DNA of 63,989 bases, filler included, from Candidatus Babelota bacterium (GCA_017999075.1; 9 parts of 9 records of this genome joined end to end with filler, not necessarily neighbours in it), one strand, 5' to 3'; positions 18,852 through 29,401 are shown, counted from the whole stretch's first letter. Made by a program: numbers and translations. The notes: generated from the letters alone by a model not told the origin.

Positions 18852-20934
18852 AAATGTTTTTGTAGTAAGAAATAATTTCATTCAGCATGGAAACTCTGTT
18901 TATTTTTATTTTTTCATCTTTGTCCATTACCATTACTTCTGTAAAATAGCAGTCTATCAGATTTCCTAATTCTGACAATGATTTTATTGTGTTTTGAAAA
19001 TCGTTATTTGAAATATAATTGGATGTTTCTTTTTTTATATCAAGAAATTTTTCATAAAGCATATTTTCTATATCAAGAACAAACAGAGTTTTATCAACAG
19101 GATTGAATTGTGAAATATTTTTTAAAATATTATTTATTCGCTTAAATGCTTGTGCAACCTTATCAAGATTTTCATTATCTTTAAGTTTTGAAACTGCTTC
19201 TGTTTTTTTGAATATGGTCATTATGTTTAAACCTGACGCTTCATCGCCTGCATTCAAAGACATGTTGACGAAATTTTGTTCAAATCCATTTTCAATCAGA
19301 ATATTTTCAAGTCTTGATTTAAAAAATGAAATCATATCATTTAACGTTTTATTTTTTTCAGGTTTTGTTTTTTTTTCATAATCAGATAAACATAAATCAA
19401 ATGATTTTTCGAATAATTCGTTAATATTTAAATTGTACCCTGCGGATTTAATTATTGATATGATTCCTCTTGATGCTCGCCTTAAAGCATAAGGATCCGC
19501 TGACCCTGTAGGTTTTATTCCTAAAATAAAACAAGACGAAATTGAATCGAATTTATCTGCCAACGAAGTAATCATTGCCGGTATGGATCCAGGCAATTCT
19601 TTAAGGTTGCCGGCAGGAAGATAATGTTCCTGAATTGATTTTGCTATGTCTGGCTTTATATTTTTTTTTAATGCGTAATTAGTTCCTATAAAACCCTGCA
19701 ATTGAGGAAATTCATAGACCATTCCTGTAGCTAAATCAAATTTGCATATTTCTCCTGCGTTAAGACAATCTTCAATCTGTGATTTCGAAAGATTCATTTT
19801 TTCTGAGATTATTTCAATAAGTCTTTTTATTCTGAGTACTTTTTTATATATGGAACCTATTCCGTCTATGTAAGTTATTGATTTCAATTTATCATTAAAA
19901 AAAGAAATTTCTTTTTTTAAATCATCGTAATAATAAAATTTAGCATCTTCAAACCTGGCAGTTATAACCCTTGTATTTCCTTCTTTAATATTGTCAATAT
20001 ATTTATCAGTCATATTTGAAACTCCTATAAAATAATTCAGGAGTTTATCGGTTTTGACAGAATATACAGGAAAATATTTTTGATGTTTTTTCATAGTGGA
20101 AATTAAAACTGATTCAGGTAAATCAAGAAAATCTTGTGAAAATTCACATTTGAATGGCGTGGGATATTCCACAAGAAAATTATTAATATTTATCAATTCT
20201 TCGTCTAAATCTATTTTTTCAAATTCAGGATCAATGATTTTTTTTATTCTGTCAATCAGGATTTTTTTGCGTTTGGATTTATCCGCGATTACAAAATTTT
20301 GTTCAAGATAAGAAAAATACTGTTCTATAGAATTTATTTCAACTGGTTCTGTACTTAAGAATCTGTGCCCGTAAGTTATGTTTGAGGATTGAATATTTGC
20401 TAATTTAAAAATCAGCGGATTTCCATTGCATATTGCACAAATCCACCTTACAGGTCTTGAAAAAATAAAATTTTTGTCAGTCCACATCATTCTTTTTTTT
20501 ATGTGCATATTATCAAGAAAAGACTTGAAATTTGATAACAGCATATCTAATGAGGAATTTCCTTTTATTTTTTCGACATACATAGAAAATTCTACAGGTT
20601 TTGATTCATCTTTTTTTTCAAAAACAATTTGTTCTAATGATTTTCCTGATTTTGACAAGAAGCTTTCCCCTGCTTTTGATAAAGTTCCGTCATTGTTGAA
20701 AAACATATTTTTCGGCGGGCCAAAAATTTTTTTTTCTTTGTCAGCCTGAGTTTCTATAAGTTGTTCTATTACCAGTACGATTCTTCGCGGAGTCCCTGTG
20801 CTGATTATATTTCGGAATTTGAGTTCGTTATCTCTACAGAAATCCTTTATAGAATCTCCTAATTCGTCAATAATATTTTCTGCTTCCAAAATAGGAAGTT
20901 CCTCAACTCCAAGCTCTATCAGTATGTCAAGCAT
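18841..20934 (-). CDS. glyS: Glycine--tRNA ligase beta subunit
   Basis: ELGVEELP, TPRR, FSRPVRWI, TYGHRF, LVEYP, HQKYF, GNTRVITARFEDA, MVYEFPQLQG and PTGSADPYALRR. Confidence 0.95.
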   Translation of the reverse strand: MLDILIELGVEELPILEAENIIDELGDSIKDFCRDNELKFRNIISTGTPRRIVLVIEQLIETQADKEKKIFGPPKNMFFNNDGTLSKAGESFLSKSGKSLEQIVFEKKDESKPVEFSMYVEKIKGNSSLDMLLSNFKSFLDNMHIKKRMMWTDKNFIFSRPVRWICAICNGNPLIFKLANIQSSNITYGHRFLSTEPVEINSIEQYFSYLEQNFVIADKSKRKKILIDRIKKIIDPEFEKIDLDEELININNFLVEYPTPFKCEFSQDFLDLPESVLISTMKKHQKYFPVYSVKTDKLLNYFIGVSNMTDKYIDNIKEGNTRVITARFEDAKFYYYDDLKKEISFFNDKLKSITYIDGIGSIYKKVLRIKRLIEIISEKMNLSKSQIEDCLNAGEICKFDLATGMVYEFPQLQGFIGTNYALKKNIKPDIAKSIQEHYLPAGNLKELPGSIPAMITSLADKFDSISSCFILGIKPTGSADPYALRRASRGIISIIKSAGYNLNINELFEKSFDLCLSDYEKKTKPEKNKTLNDMISFFKSRLENILIENGFEQNFVNMSLNAGDEASGLNIMTIFKKTEAVSKLKDNENLDKVAQAFKRINNILKNISQFNPVDKTLFVLDIENMLYEKFLDIKKETSNYISNNDFQNTIKSLSELGNLIDCYFTEVMVMDKDEKIKINRVSMLNEIISYYKNIYAF

Positions 20935-20987
20935 TATATCTCTACCTCTTTAAATAAACAGGAAATTTTTGATGAATTCAGCCAGCA

Positions 20988-21966
20988 TCAGTCGAAATTT
21001 TTTATAATAGCATCTGCAAAAGCCGATGTGCCTACTTTGACAGCTCCTTCAACAAGTCTTTCAAGGTCATAAGTGACAGTTTTTTGTACAATAGTTTTTT
21101 CTATTGCCGACTTGATTTTTTTCGAACATTCTATCCAACCCATATACTCAAGCATTAAACAAGCTGATAAAATTAAAGAACCAGGGTTTATCATATCTTT
21201 GTTAGCGTATTTAGGAGCAGTTCCGTGAGTGGCTTCAAAAAGACCGATATATTCGCCTATGTTTGCGCCTGGAGCAAGACCTAATCCTCCTACCTGAGCA
21301 GCAGCAGCATCGCTTAAGTAATCGCCATTAAGATTAGGTAAAGCTATTACATCGTAATCGGATGTGCGTGTTAATATTTGCTGAAGCATACTGTCGGCAA
21401 TTCTGTCTTTGATTATAATTTTGCCTTCAGGCTGTTTACCTTTATAAATATCGTTTAGTTCTGTTTCTGTTATAGTTTTATCTTTATATTCAGAAGCAGC
21501 CACTTCATAACACCAGTCTTTAAAAGCGCCTTCCGTAAATTTCATAATATTTCCCTTATGAACAATAGTTACGCTTTTTCTATTTTGAGAAATAGCATGT
21601 TCTATGGCTGACCGCATTAATCGTTTTGATGCGAAAACACTGATAGGTTTTATTCCTATTCCTGAATCCTCACGTATGGAAATGTTGAATTCAGTTTTGA
21701 TAAAATCAATTATTTTTTTTGATTCTTTAGTCCCCTCTTTCCATTCGATTCCTGCATATACATCTTCAGTATTTTCGCGGAATATTATTATATCCATTTG
21801 TTCTGGATTTTTTACAGGAGAAGGAACTCCTTTAATATATTTTACAGGACGCACACAAGCAAATAAGTCAAGTTTTTGCCTTAGAGTAACATTCAATGAT
21901 CTGAATCCGCCGCCGACAGGAGTTGTTAACGGTCCTTTTAAAGCAATGTAAAAATCTTTTATTGCT
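20988..21966 (-). CDS. icd: NADP-dependent isocitrate dehydrogenase (5' end truncated by the contig end)
   Basis: [57 protein letters not shown] and [12 protein letters not shown]. Confidence 0.95.
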
Positions 21967-22066
21967 NNNNNNNNNNNNNNNNNNNNNNNNNNNNNNNNNN
22001 NNNNNNNNNNTTAATTAATTAANNNNNNNNNNNNNNNNNNNNNNNNNNNNNNNNNNNNNNNNNNNN
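21967..22066. other. Artificial contig linker
   Basis: Same 100-bp spacer. Confidence 0.98.
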
Positions 22067-22081
22067 CTTGGCGACATCCCA
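22067..22081 (-). tRNA. 5' 15 nt of a tRNA-Gln, cut by the contig end
   Basis: The minus strand reads TGGGATGTCGCCAAG, matching the 5' acceptor strand and D-arm start of bacterial tRNA-Gln; it lies directly downstream of ispE-spoVG, a known tRNA-Gln context. Confidence 0.7.
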
Positions 22082-22131
22082 ACTGATAATTTTTACTGAT
22101 AATTATTGATAACAAATATAATATAAAATAA

Positions 22132-22398
22132 TTAATGATTATCTATTATCTTTTTATATTCTGATAATACAGTGCTTTCTATCAATTCTCTTCTTTCATT
22201 ATTTAACGGATGCGCTATATCTCTGTATTCGCCTGTACTTGTTTTTCTGTTTGGCATTGTTACAAATAATCCTTTAGATCCTTCAATAATTTTTAAGTTA
22301 TGGATTACAAAACTGTTATCAAAAGTAATTGAAACCCACGCTTTAAAATCACCATTTGACGAATCAACAGTTTTAATCCGCACTTCAGTAATTTTCAT
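22132..22398 (-). CDS. spoVG: Septation regulator / nucleic-acid-binding protein SpoVG
   Basis: MKITEVRI, SITFDNSFVIHNLKIIEG, LFVTMPNRK and YRDIAHP. Confidence 0.95.
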   Translation of the reverse strand: MKITEVRIKTVDSSNGDFKAWVSITFDNSFVIHNLKIIEGSKGLFVTMPNRKTSTGEYRDIAHPLNNERRELIESTVLSEYKKIIDNH

Positions 22399-22419
22399 AA
22401 AATGCTCCTTAAAAAATTT

Positions 22420-23340
22420 TTAAACAGGGACGCATTTTTTTATAATGCACTCCGTTAAACACATTTTTAGGATTTTAAAACATTTTTCTTTATCTGAATC
22501 ATTATCAAAAAGTAAAAATAATGCCGACCCGCTGCCGGACATAAAAACTTTTTTGTTTGTTAACTTATTTATTCGATGTTTGACTTTTTTAAGACCGCTA
22601 TATAATCGGAAAGCCGATTGTTCAAGATCATTAATTATATACTTTTCAATTAAATTTATATCTGCTCCTTTTTTTATAAAATTCAAAATAATTTTAACAT
22701 AGTCTTTTTTTGTTGTCAAGCGGAATTTGTGATTTTTATATACTTTAATTGTTGACGAGTGTATCTTTGGATAAATTATTATGAAACTGTAATTTTTCAT
22801 AATATCTTTTTTTAAAATTTTTACTTTGTCGCCTATTCCCTTTACAATTGCTGACCCGGGAGAAATATTGAATGGAATGTCAGCGCCTATGTTTTTTGTT
22901 AAATTTCGAAGAATTGAATCTGACATATTAAGATTAAACAGCCTGTTTAAAGCAATGGCTGTTCCTGCTCCGTCTGAACTGCCGCCTCCTAATCCTGCGC
23001 CTATAGGAATACTTTTTTTTATGGTGATTTTTATATTGTTTTTGATATTGAATTTATCCAATATTTTTCTTGCTACTTTTCCGGAAATATTTTTTTCCGG
23101 ATCAGAAGGAACAGAAAAATCTTCAGATATGAATCTTTTTAGTTCTTCGGAATATATTGCTGAAATACTTATTTTTTTGTTTTCACCAGATAATTTTTTT
23201 ATTGTAATAGTATCATATAGACTTATAGATTGCATTAAAGAATTTAATATATGATAACCATCATCCCGCTTTCCTGTAATCTGAAGAATTATATTTAATT
23301 TTGCAGGAGCTTTTACGGTTATTGAATTATTTTTTGCCAT
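22420..23340 (-). CDS. ispE: 4-diphosphocytidyl-2-C-methyl-D-erythritol kinase
   Basis: APAKLN, GKRDDGYH, KSIPIGAGLGGGSSD, IGADIPF, NDLE and MSGSGS. Confidence 0.93.
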   Translation of the reverse strand: MAKNNSITVKAPAKLNIILQITGKRDDGYHILNSLMQSISLYDTITIKKLSGENKKISISAIYSEELKRFISEDFSVPSDPEKNISGKVARKILDKFNIKNNIKITIKKSIPIGAGLGGGSSDGAGTAIALNRLFNLNMSDSILRNLTKNIGADIPFNISPGSAIVKGIGDKVKILKKDIMKNYSFIIIYPKIHSSTIKVYKNHKFRLTTKKDYVKIILNFIKKGADINLIEKYIINDLEQSAFRLYSGLKKVKHRINKLTNKKVFMSGSGSALFLLFDNDSDKEKCFKILKMCLTECIIKKCVPV

Positions 23341-23341
23341 T

Positions 23342-24118
23342 TTAGAAATTTTTGTCTCCTCCTAATAATCCTCCAAGCAGTCCTCCTCCTATTCCTGCGA
23401 CTCCGGAATGTTCGTCCTTTTTACTGAAACCTGCGGCGGCAAAAATTCTGTCAGCTAATCTTGAAAACGGCAAACTTTGCAAATATACCAAACCGGGACC
23501 ATTGAGTTTTGCAAGAAACAAGCCTTCCCCTCCAAATAATGCGTTTTTAAAACCACCGATAAATTGAATGTCATAATCAACACTTGGAGAAAATGCTACA
23601 AGGCAGCCTGTATCAACTCTTAATGATTCTCCTGCCTGAAGTTCTTTAGTGATAATTGTTCCGCCTGCGTGAATAAATGCCATACCGTCGCCTGTCAGAC
23701 GCTGAAGAATGAAACCTTCCCCTCCAAATAATCCGGCACCTATTTTTTTTGTAAAAGCTACTTCGATGTCAACACCTTTTGCCGCACATAAAAAACCGTC
23801 TTTTTGGCATAAAAATTTTCCTCCTATTTTGTGAAGGTCCAAAGGAATTATTTTTCCAGGATAAGGTGCGCCGAATGCAACATGCCCTTTACTTTTTCCT
23901 GTATGCATGAATGTTGTTATAAAAAAACTTTCTCCTGTAAGCATTCGTTTAAAACCGCTGAATAAACCTCCTCCGGTTGATGTCTGCATTTCTATTCCGT
24001 TTTCCATATACATCATAGCTCCTGCTTCTGCGCGTACAGCTTCGCCAGGATCAAGTTCAATCTCGACTATCTGCATATCGTCTCCGAATATTTTGTAATC
24101 AATTACATCAGCACTCAT
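23342..24118 (-). CDS. TIGR00266 / AIM24 family protein
   Basis: [20 protein letters not shown], repeated FGGEG motifs, VDTGCLVA and QSLPFSRLA. Confidence 0.9.
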   Translation of the reverse strand: MSADVIDYKIFGDDMQIVEIELDPGEAVRAEAGAMMYMENGIEMQTSTGGGLFSGFKRMLTGESFFITTFMHTGKSKGHVAFGAPYPGKIIPLDLHKIGGKFLCQKDGFLCAAKGVDIEVAFTKKIGAGLFGGEGFILQRLTGDGMAFIHAGGTIITKELQAGESLRVDTGCLVAFSPSVDYDIQFIGGFKNALFGGEGLFLAKLNGPGLVYLQSLPFSRLADRIFAAAGFSKKDEHSGVAGIGGGLLGGLLGGDKNF

Positions 24119-24148
24119 TTTATTTAATCCTCCTGTTTTTCAATTGTT

Positions 24149-25474
24149 TTATTTGTTTTTTCTTTTAGCTTTTGTAGAAGAAGAAGTCTTTTTTTTTGTT
24201 TCCTGCTTTTTTAATTCTTCCTCCTCCTCTTTTAATTTTTGTTCGAATTCCGTATAATCTTCAGGAGAAACATATTTTGATTTGTTTAATAATATTCCGG
24301 GATGATGTTTCAGATACTGCACAGCAGAACTCAGGTCTGTAACGAGTTGTTTTAAATTTTTTCCTAATTCTTTATCGTGGATAACTATTCCCATCAATCC
24401 TTTTTCTGTTTTTAAAGCTTCAAGATTATAATTCAACAGGTCAAGAGTTTTATCGAGTTTAACAGAAATAGTGGATACACTGCTTACTGCTTTAGTGATT
24501 TCTTTTTCATTGTTTGCCAGGACAGTTGTAAGAGATCTGGTAATATTATTAAGATTGTCGATTGAACTTTCAATGCTTTCTTTTTTATTTTTCAGAATAG
24601 ATTCAAGTATATTTACTGAAGAATTTAATTTTTTTGAGAATTCAGTTAAATCAGTTTGAGTTGTGGTTATGGTTTTTTCAAGAATTTTAGAACTTTTTTG
24701 AACATTATCAATGATTTCATTTATTTTGCCGTTGTTTTTTATACTTAATGAATTTAAACTTTCAGCCATCCCTGATAAATCAGTTATCATTTTTCCTGCT
24801 TTTTCATGATTTGCAGAAATTGTTTTTTTTATCATTCCTGCCGAATCTTTCAATAATTCAAGAGATTTTTGAAAATCGTTTAATCCGCCATCAACTTTTA
24901 TTTTACCGCTTCTGGTAATTTCAGAAACATTTTTTATAGCTCCTGAAAGATTGTCTATTGCTGATTTTAGTTGCTGTTTTACTTCTTTTTCTACAAATAC
25001 GTCATTAAACCCATCAATAGCTTTGTTTAATCCTTCTATAACATTCATTACTCCTGCTATTACTTCTTCGATTTTTTGAGGCTCCTGCCCTATAAGAGTT
25101 TCACCGAATACAATGTCTCTGCTTAACTGAGATCCAGGATCTATTTCAATATATTTTTCCCCCATCAATCCGGCCTGATTTATATAAATTTTAGCGTCTT
25201 TTTTTATTTTTAGTTTTTCATCAAGGGTTATTTCAATACGTACTTTAGGCATATTGTTTACTGTAATAAATTCTATATCTCCGACTTTTCCAAGATTTAC
25301 ACCTGAAACCATAACAGGACCGTTTTTAATGATGCCATTTGCAAAATTGAAAACAACATAAAATTTTAACCCTTTATTCAGCTTCCAGTCTGTCATTATA
25401 ATTATAAGAAAAATAAATAGAACACAGGATAATAAAATAACCAATCCTACAATAGCTGTTTTATTTTGTTTCAT
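24149..25474 (-). CDS. MlaD/MCE family protein with long helical extension
   Basis: N-terminal TM; FNFANGI...VMVSGVNLGKV, GLMGEKYIEIDPG; about 250 aa of heptad-like helical repeats. Confidence 0.85.
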   Translation of the reverse strand: MKQNKTAIVGLVILLSCVLFIFLIIIMTDWKLNKGLKFYVVFNFANGIIKNGPVMVSGVNLGKVGDIEFITVNNMPKVRIEITLDEKLKIKKDAKIYINQAGLMGEKYIEIDPGSQLSRDIVFGETLIGQEPQKIEEVIAGVMNVIEGLNKAIDGFNDVFVEKEVKQQLKSAIDNLSGAIKNVSEITRSGKIKVDGGLNDFQKSLELLKDSAGMIKKTISANHEKAGKMITDLSGMAESLNSLSIKNNGKINEIIDNVQKSSKILEKTITTTQTDLTEFSKKLNSSVNILESILKNKKESIESSIDNLNNITRSLTTVLANNEKEITKAVSSVSTISVKLDKTLDLLNYNLEALKTEKGLMGIVIHDKELGKNLKQLVTDLSSAVQYLKHHPGILLNKSKYVSPEDYTEFEQKLKEEEEELKKQETKKKTSSSTKAKRKNK

Positions 25475-25547
25475 TTTTTATTTAACTCCACAAATTCAAA
25501 TAATAACCCGAAATAATAAATTTTAGAAAAAATAATTATATTTTATA

Positions 25548-26348
25548 TTATAATGACAAAACATCCTGCATAGAGTATAATCCTGTTTTTTTATTGGAAA
25601 TCCATACAGCGGCATTTACAGCTCCGTTTGCAAAAGTTTCTCTGCTGTGCGCCCGATGTGTTAATTCTATGCGTTCTCCGCCGCCGGCAAAAATTATGGT
25701 ATGTTCTCCAACAATATCTCCGGCTCTCACCGCATGAATGCCTATTTCATTTTTAGTACGTTCCCCGGTAATCCCTTTTCTTCCGTAAACCCCGCATTTT
25801 TTTATGTCGCGTTTAACTGCTTTAGTAATAACTTCGGCTATTTTCGAGGCTGTTCCTGACGGACTGTCTTTTTTTTTGTTATGATGAGATTCTATTATTT
25901 CAATATCGTACATATTACCTATAGATGCGGCTGTTTCGGCAGCAAGTTTAAAAAGCAAATTAACTCCGATACTCATGTTAGGAGAAAAAACGCAGGCATT
26001 TGTTTTTGAAAAATTTTTTATTATACCTATTTCTTTTTCTGAAAAACCAGTTGTCCCTATAACAATTTTTTTATTTTTTGATTTAATGTTTTTTAATAAT
26101 TCTAATGTTGATTCTATAGAACTGAAATCTATTATTACATCACTTGAGTCAATGAATTTTTTTATATTGTCAGTTAAATTTGTTTTTATTTCCGAGCACC
26201 CGATAATATCTCCGATATTTTTATCAAGCAGCGGATGTCCTTTCCTCTCTAAACCTGCCGATAATACGGTTTTAGGATTTGAAATTATAGAATTTATTAT
26301 CATTCTGCCCATTCTTCCTGTTGCGCCGACGACTCCAATTTTAATCAT
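25548..26348 (-). CDS. dapB: 4-hydroxy-tetrahydrodipicolinate reductase
   Basis: GATGRMG, IDFS, GTTG, PNMSIGVN, ESHHNKKKDSPSGTA, RAGDIVGEH and HRAHSRETFANGA. Confidence 0.96.
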   Translation of the reverse strand: MIKIGVVGATGRMGRMIINSIISNPKTVLSAGLERKGHPLLDKNIGDIIGCSEIKTNLTDNIKKFIDSSDVIIDFSSIESTLELLKNIKSKNKKIVIGTTGFSEKEIGIIKNFSKTNACVFSPNMSIGVNLLFKLAAETAASIGNMYDIEIIESHHNKKKDSPSGTASKIAEVITKAVKRDIKKCGVYGRKGITGERTKNEIGIHAVRAGDIVGEHTIIFAGGGERIELTHRAHSRETFANGAVNAAVWISNKKTGLYSMQDVLSL

Positions 26349-26362
26349 ATTTTCCTCCCTTT

Positions 26363-27370
26363 TTATTTATTTAAAACAATTTTGTTTTTAATCCCATCAA
26401 ATTTGTTTTTTATGATAGGTATTTTTTTTAGTTCGTCAATGTGTTTTATCGGTCCGTTTTTTTCAATGTATTTAAGAATCATAGAAGCTTCAAATTCTGT
26501 TATTTTAAGACCTTCTGAAATTTTTTTTAATGAAGAATCATTTATATTTATATATTGTGTTCTTTCCTGAATGAGTTTTTGTGAAATTTTAGAAGACAGA
26601 ATAAAGTGTTCGGATTGAATTGAATCGCCATTAAATTCATATGAATTAATTTTATCAGCTTTTTTCCCGGAGGAAAAAACAGAAGTGCTGTCTTTTGATG
26701 CAATTATATTTTCATCAGAAGCTATTATAAAGTAATCTTTTATAGAATTATATTTTCCTGATAACCCTGAAATTTTTTTTAAATCTTCCACTGTCGAATA
26801 TTTTCCAAAATTTTTTCTGTAATTAACAATAATAATTCTGTCTAAATTATTTAATTCTGTAATATTTTTCAATTCATTTTCTGTAACTGTATTTAAATCA
26901 AATTTTTTTTGAGATATGCTTTTTTTTAAAATATCCTCATTTTTATTTATTTTAATTTCAGGGGAGGTTAAAATTTCTGGAACGGTATTTTTTTTCGCAA
27001 ATGTGTCAACTGGTTCCTGAACATAAATATTTTGTTGAATAGACTTACCGGATATTTCCAAGTGGGATGATTCGACTAATTTTAAACCCTCGTTTTTTAT
27101 TTGATTTTTTATTTGGACGGCAAGATTTAAATGATAATCCGATTTTGCAAAATCTTTTTTGCGGAAATAACATGAACCAAGCATTCTATGAGCTTCAATA
27201 TTATTATTGTCAAGTTCAATTATCTGATTTAAAAAAATAATTTTTTCATCAAGAATAAAAGTATTTTTTGCCTGCTGTAAAAGTTCTTCTGTTTTTATTT
27301 TATCTTCAGCGAAAACATTATTATAATAAAATAAAAAAAATATTAAAAATAATTGATATATTATTTTCAT
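26363..27370 (-). CDS. Secreted TPR + tandem helix-hairpin-helix (ComEA-like) protein
   Basis: Signal peptide; TPR (NIEAHRMLGSCYFRKKDFAKS); two HhH units (FDLNTVTENEL...YRKNFGKYSTVEDLKKISGL and ININDSS...YIEKNGPIKHIDELKKI). Confidence 0.75.
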   Translation of the reverse strand: MKIIYQLFLIFFLFYYNNVFAEDKIKTEELLQQAKNTFILDEKIIFLNQIIELDNNNIEAHRMLGSCYFRKKDFAKSDYHLNLAVQIKNQIKNEGLKLVESSHLEISGKSIQQNIYVQEPVDTFAKKNTVPEILTSPEIKINKNEDILKKSISQKKFDLNTVTENELKNITELNNLDRIIIVNYRKNFGKYSTVEDLKKISGLSGKYNSIKDYFIIASDENIIASKDSTSVFSSGKKADKINSYEFNGDSIQSEHFILSSKISQKLIQERTQYININDSSLKKISEGLKITEFEASMILKYIEKNGPIKHIDELKKIPIIKNKFDGIKNKIVLNK

Positions 27371-27641
27371 AAATATTTACTCCGAATAAGGATATAAATC
27401 ATAAGACTATAGACTTTAATTTTTTTAGACCTGTATTTATGATAAATAATATTATGCTAATACAAATAAATCAATATTATTTTAAAAATAACTTTATTTT
27501 AGAGATATTCAATTTATGTTTTTTGAATAAAAAAGTGTTTTCAAATTCCGACAAAAAAAAGATTTTTTTCCGCAGATAATCGCGAATAAAAATAAAAATA
27601 AAAAAATCGAATTATAGAATTTTTCAGGATTTTGCAATATA

Positions 27642-29060
27642 TTAAAAATATAAATCTCTTTTTCCTGATTTTATATCTTCAATTTTACTCAAAACCTGTT
27701 TTTTGATTTTTTCATCAATATTTTTAGAAAGTTTGTTTATAAGAATTTCTCCTTTTTTTATTGTTTCTTCAGAAGCATAATCTTTTAAATATTCATAGAA
27801 AGTCAATAATGCGTTAGGTTGACAAAACTGTTTTATAAATCCGGGTTTTGCATGAGACATAAAGTGTTCACCTGTTCTGCCGAGTCTGTAACATGCTGTG
27901 CAGAACGAAGGGATAAATTCTTCTTTAAGGAGTTCATTAATAACTTCTTCAAGAGATCTGTCATCGCCAAGCTTGAACTGTTCTTTGTTTTCAATTTTTT
28001 TTCTTTTAGCGGCTTCAGAATATCCCCCTATACCTATTTTAGAACCTGCATCTATTTGAGAGATTCCAAGTTTTATAACTTCATTCCTGAATTCCGCTGT
28101 TTCACGGCAGGTTAGTATCAAACCTGTATAAGGTACAGCAAGCCTTAATATTGCAATTACTTTTTTAAAATTGTCGTCGGAAACACGAAATTTTAAATTG
28201 GTGGAGAATGGAGTATTAAAGGCAGGTTCGATTCTCGGAAATGAAATGGTGTGAGGTCCTACTCCGAAATATTTTTCTAAAGATTGTGAATGACAAATTA
28301 GTGAAACTACTTCAAATCTCCAATCATATAATCCGAATAAAGCGCCTAATCCCACATCGTCAATACCAGCTTCTTGAGCTCTGTGCAGAGATGTAAGTCT
28401 CCATAAATAATCTCCTTTTTTTGACGTTTGCGGATGAGCTTTCTTATAAGTTTCTTTATGATAAGTTTCCTGAAAAATTTGAAATGTGCCTATTCCCGAA
28501 TCTTTGACTGTTTTAAATCCTTTTATATCCATTGGCGCTGCATTGATATTTACTCTGCGTATGCTACCGATCTCAATATTTTCATTATTATATGTTTTTA
28601 TGCTGTAAACTTTTTTTACAGTGTCTGAAATATATTCAGGAGTGGTTTTCCCTGGAGCTTCGCCGAATACCAGTATTAGTCGTTTGTGTCCCTGTTTTTG
28701 AAGCAGTTTTATTTCTGTAATCAGTTCGTCTTCTGATAATGAATGGCGAGCGACTTCTTTGTTTGATGCTCTGAATGCGCAGTATAAACAATCATTTGAA
28801 CAATAATTCGATATGTAAAGCGGTGCAAAAAAAACAATGCGCTTTCCGTAAATTTCGGCTTTTATATTTTTAGCTGTTGTAAATAAATTGTCTAGCAATT
28901 CAGGATTTTCTATGTTACAAAGTTTGGCTGTTTCTTCAGGAGATAATCCTTTTTTTTCTTTCGCTTTTTCTAAAATATCAATAATTTCTTTTTTATTGGG
29001 AATTTTACAATTTATAATATTTTCTATATAGCTGTCATTAATAAAATCTTCATATTGCAT
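27642..29060 (-). CDS. hydG: [FeFe]-hydrogenase H-cluster radical SAM maturase HydG
   Basis: FAPLYISNYCSNDCLYC (CX3CX2C), IRRVNIN, FQETYH, GPHTISFPRI and C-terminal CTAC-X22-C. Confidence 0.93.
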   Translation of the reverse strand: MQYEDFINDSYIENIINCKIPNKKEIIDILEKAKEKKGLSPEETAKLCNIENPELLDNLFTTAKNIKAEIYGKRIVFFAPLYISNYCSNDCLYCAFRASNKEVARHSLSEDELITEIKLLQKQGHKRLILVFGEAPGKTTPEYISDTVKKVYSIKTYNNENIEIGSIRRVNINAAPMDIKGFKTVKDSGIGTFQIFQETYHKETYKKAHPQTSKKGDYLWRLTSLHRAQEAGIDDVGLGALFGLYDWRFEVVSLICHSQSLEKYFGVGPHTISFPRIEPAFNTPFSTNLKFRVSDDNFKKVIAILRLAVPYTGLILTCRETAEFRNEVIKLGISQIDAGSKIGIGGYSEAAKRKKIENKEQFKLGDDRSLEEVINELLKEEFIPSFCTACYRLGRTGEHFMSHAKPGFIKQFCQPNALLTFYEYLKDYASEETIKKGEILINKLSKNIDEKIKKQVLSKIEDIKSGKRDLYF

Positions 29061-29187
29061 AATAATGTTCCTGCTAAAATAATAAATATAGACAATAAAC
29101 GTTGTTATACTTTAAGAATTTAAATTTTTTTTGTTTAAATTATAAAAGTTTTAAAATTTGGATTACAATATTTATTTTATGGAGTAA

Positions 29188-29215
29188 ATTATATATTCAA
29201 TAATATTATTGTCAA
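29188..29215 (-). promoter_or_regulatory. sigma70-type promoter of hydG
   Basis: Minus-strand TTGACA (29215-29210), 16 bp, TATAAT (29193-29188). Confidence 0.6.
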
Positions 29216-29301
29216 ACATATAATTTTTTATTATTAAATTATTAAAAAAATACTTGAAATTTTGATTTTTTTATTATACAATTGAAAAATATATATATTA
29301 T

Positions 29302-29401
29302 NNNNNNNNNNNNNNNNNNNNNNNNNNNNNNNNNNNNNNNNNNNNTTAATTAATTAANNNNNNNNNNNNNNNNNNNNNNNNNNNNNNNNNNNNNNNNNNN
29401 N
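29302..29401. other. Artificial contig linker
   Basis: Same 100-bp spacer. Confidence 0.98.

Noticed and set aside
27642-29060. Alternative call as ThiH (tyrosine lyase)
   Set aside because: The length and C-terminal CX2CX22C motif are diagnostic of HydG
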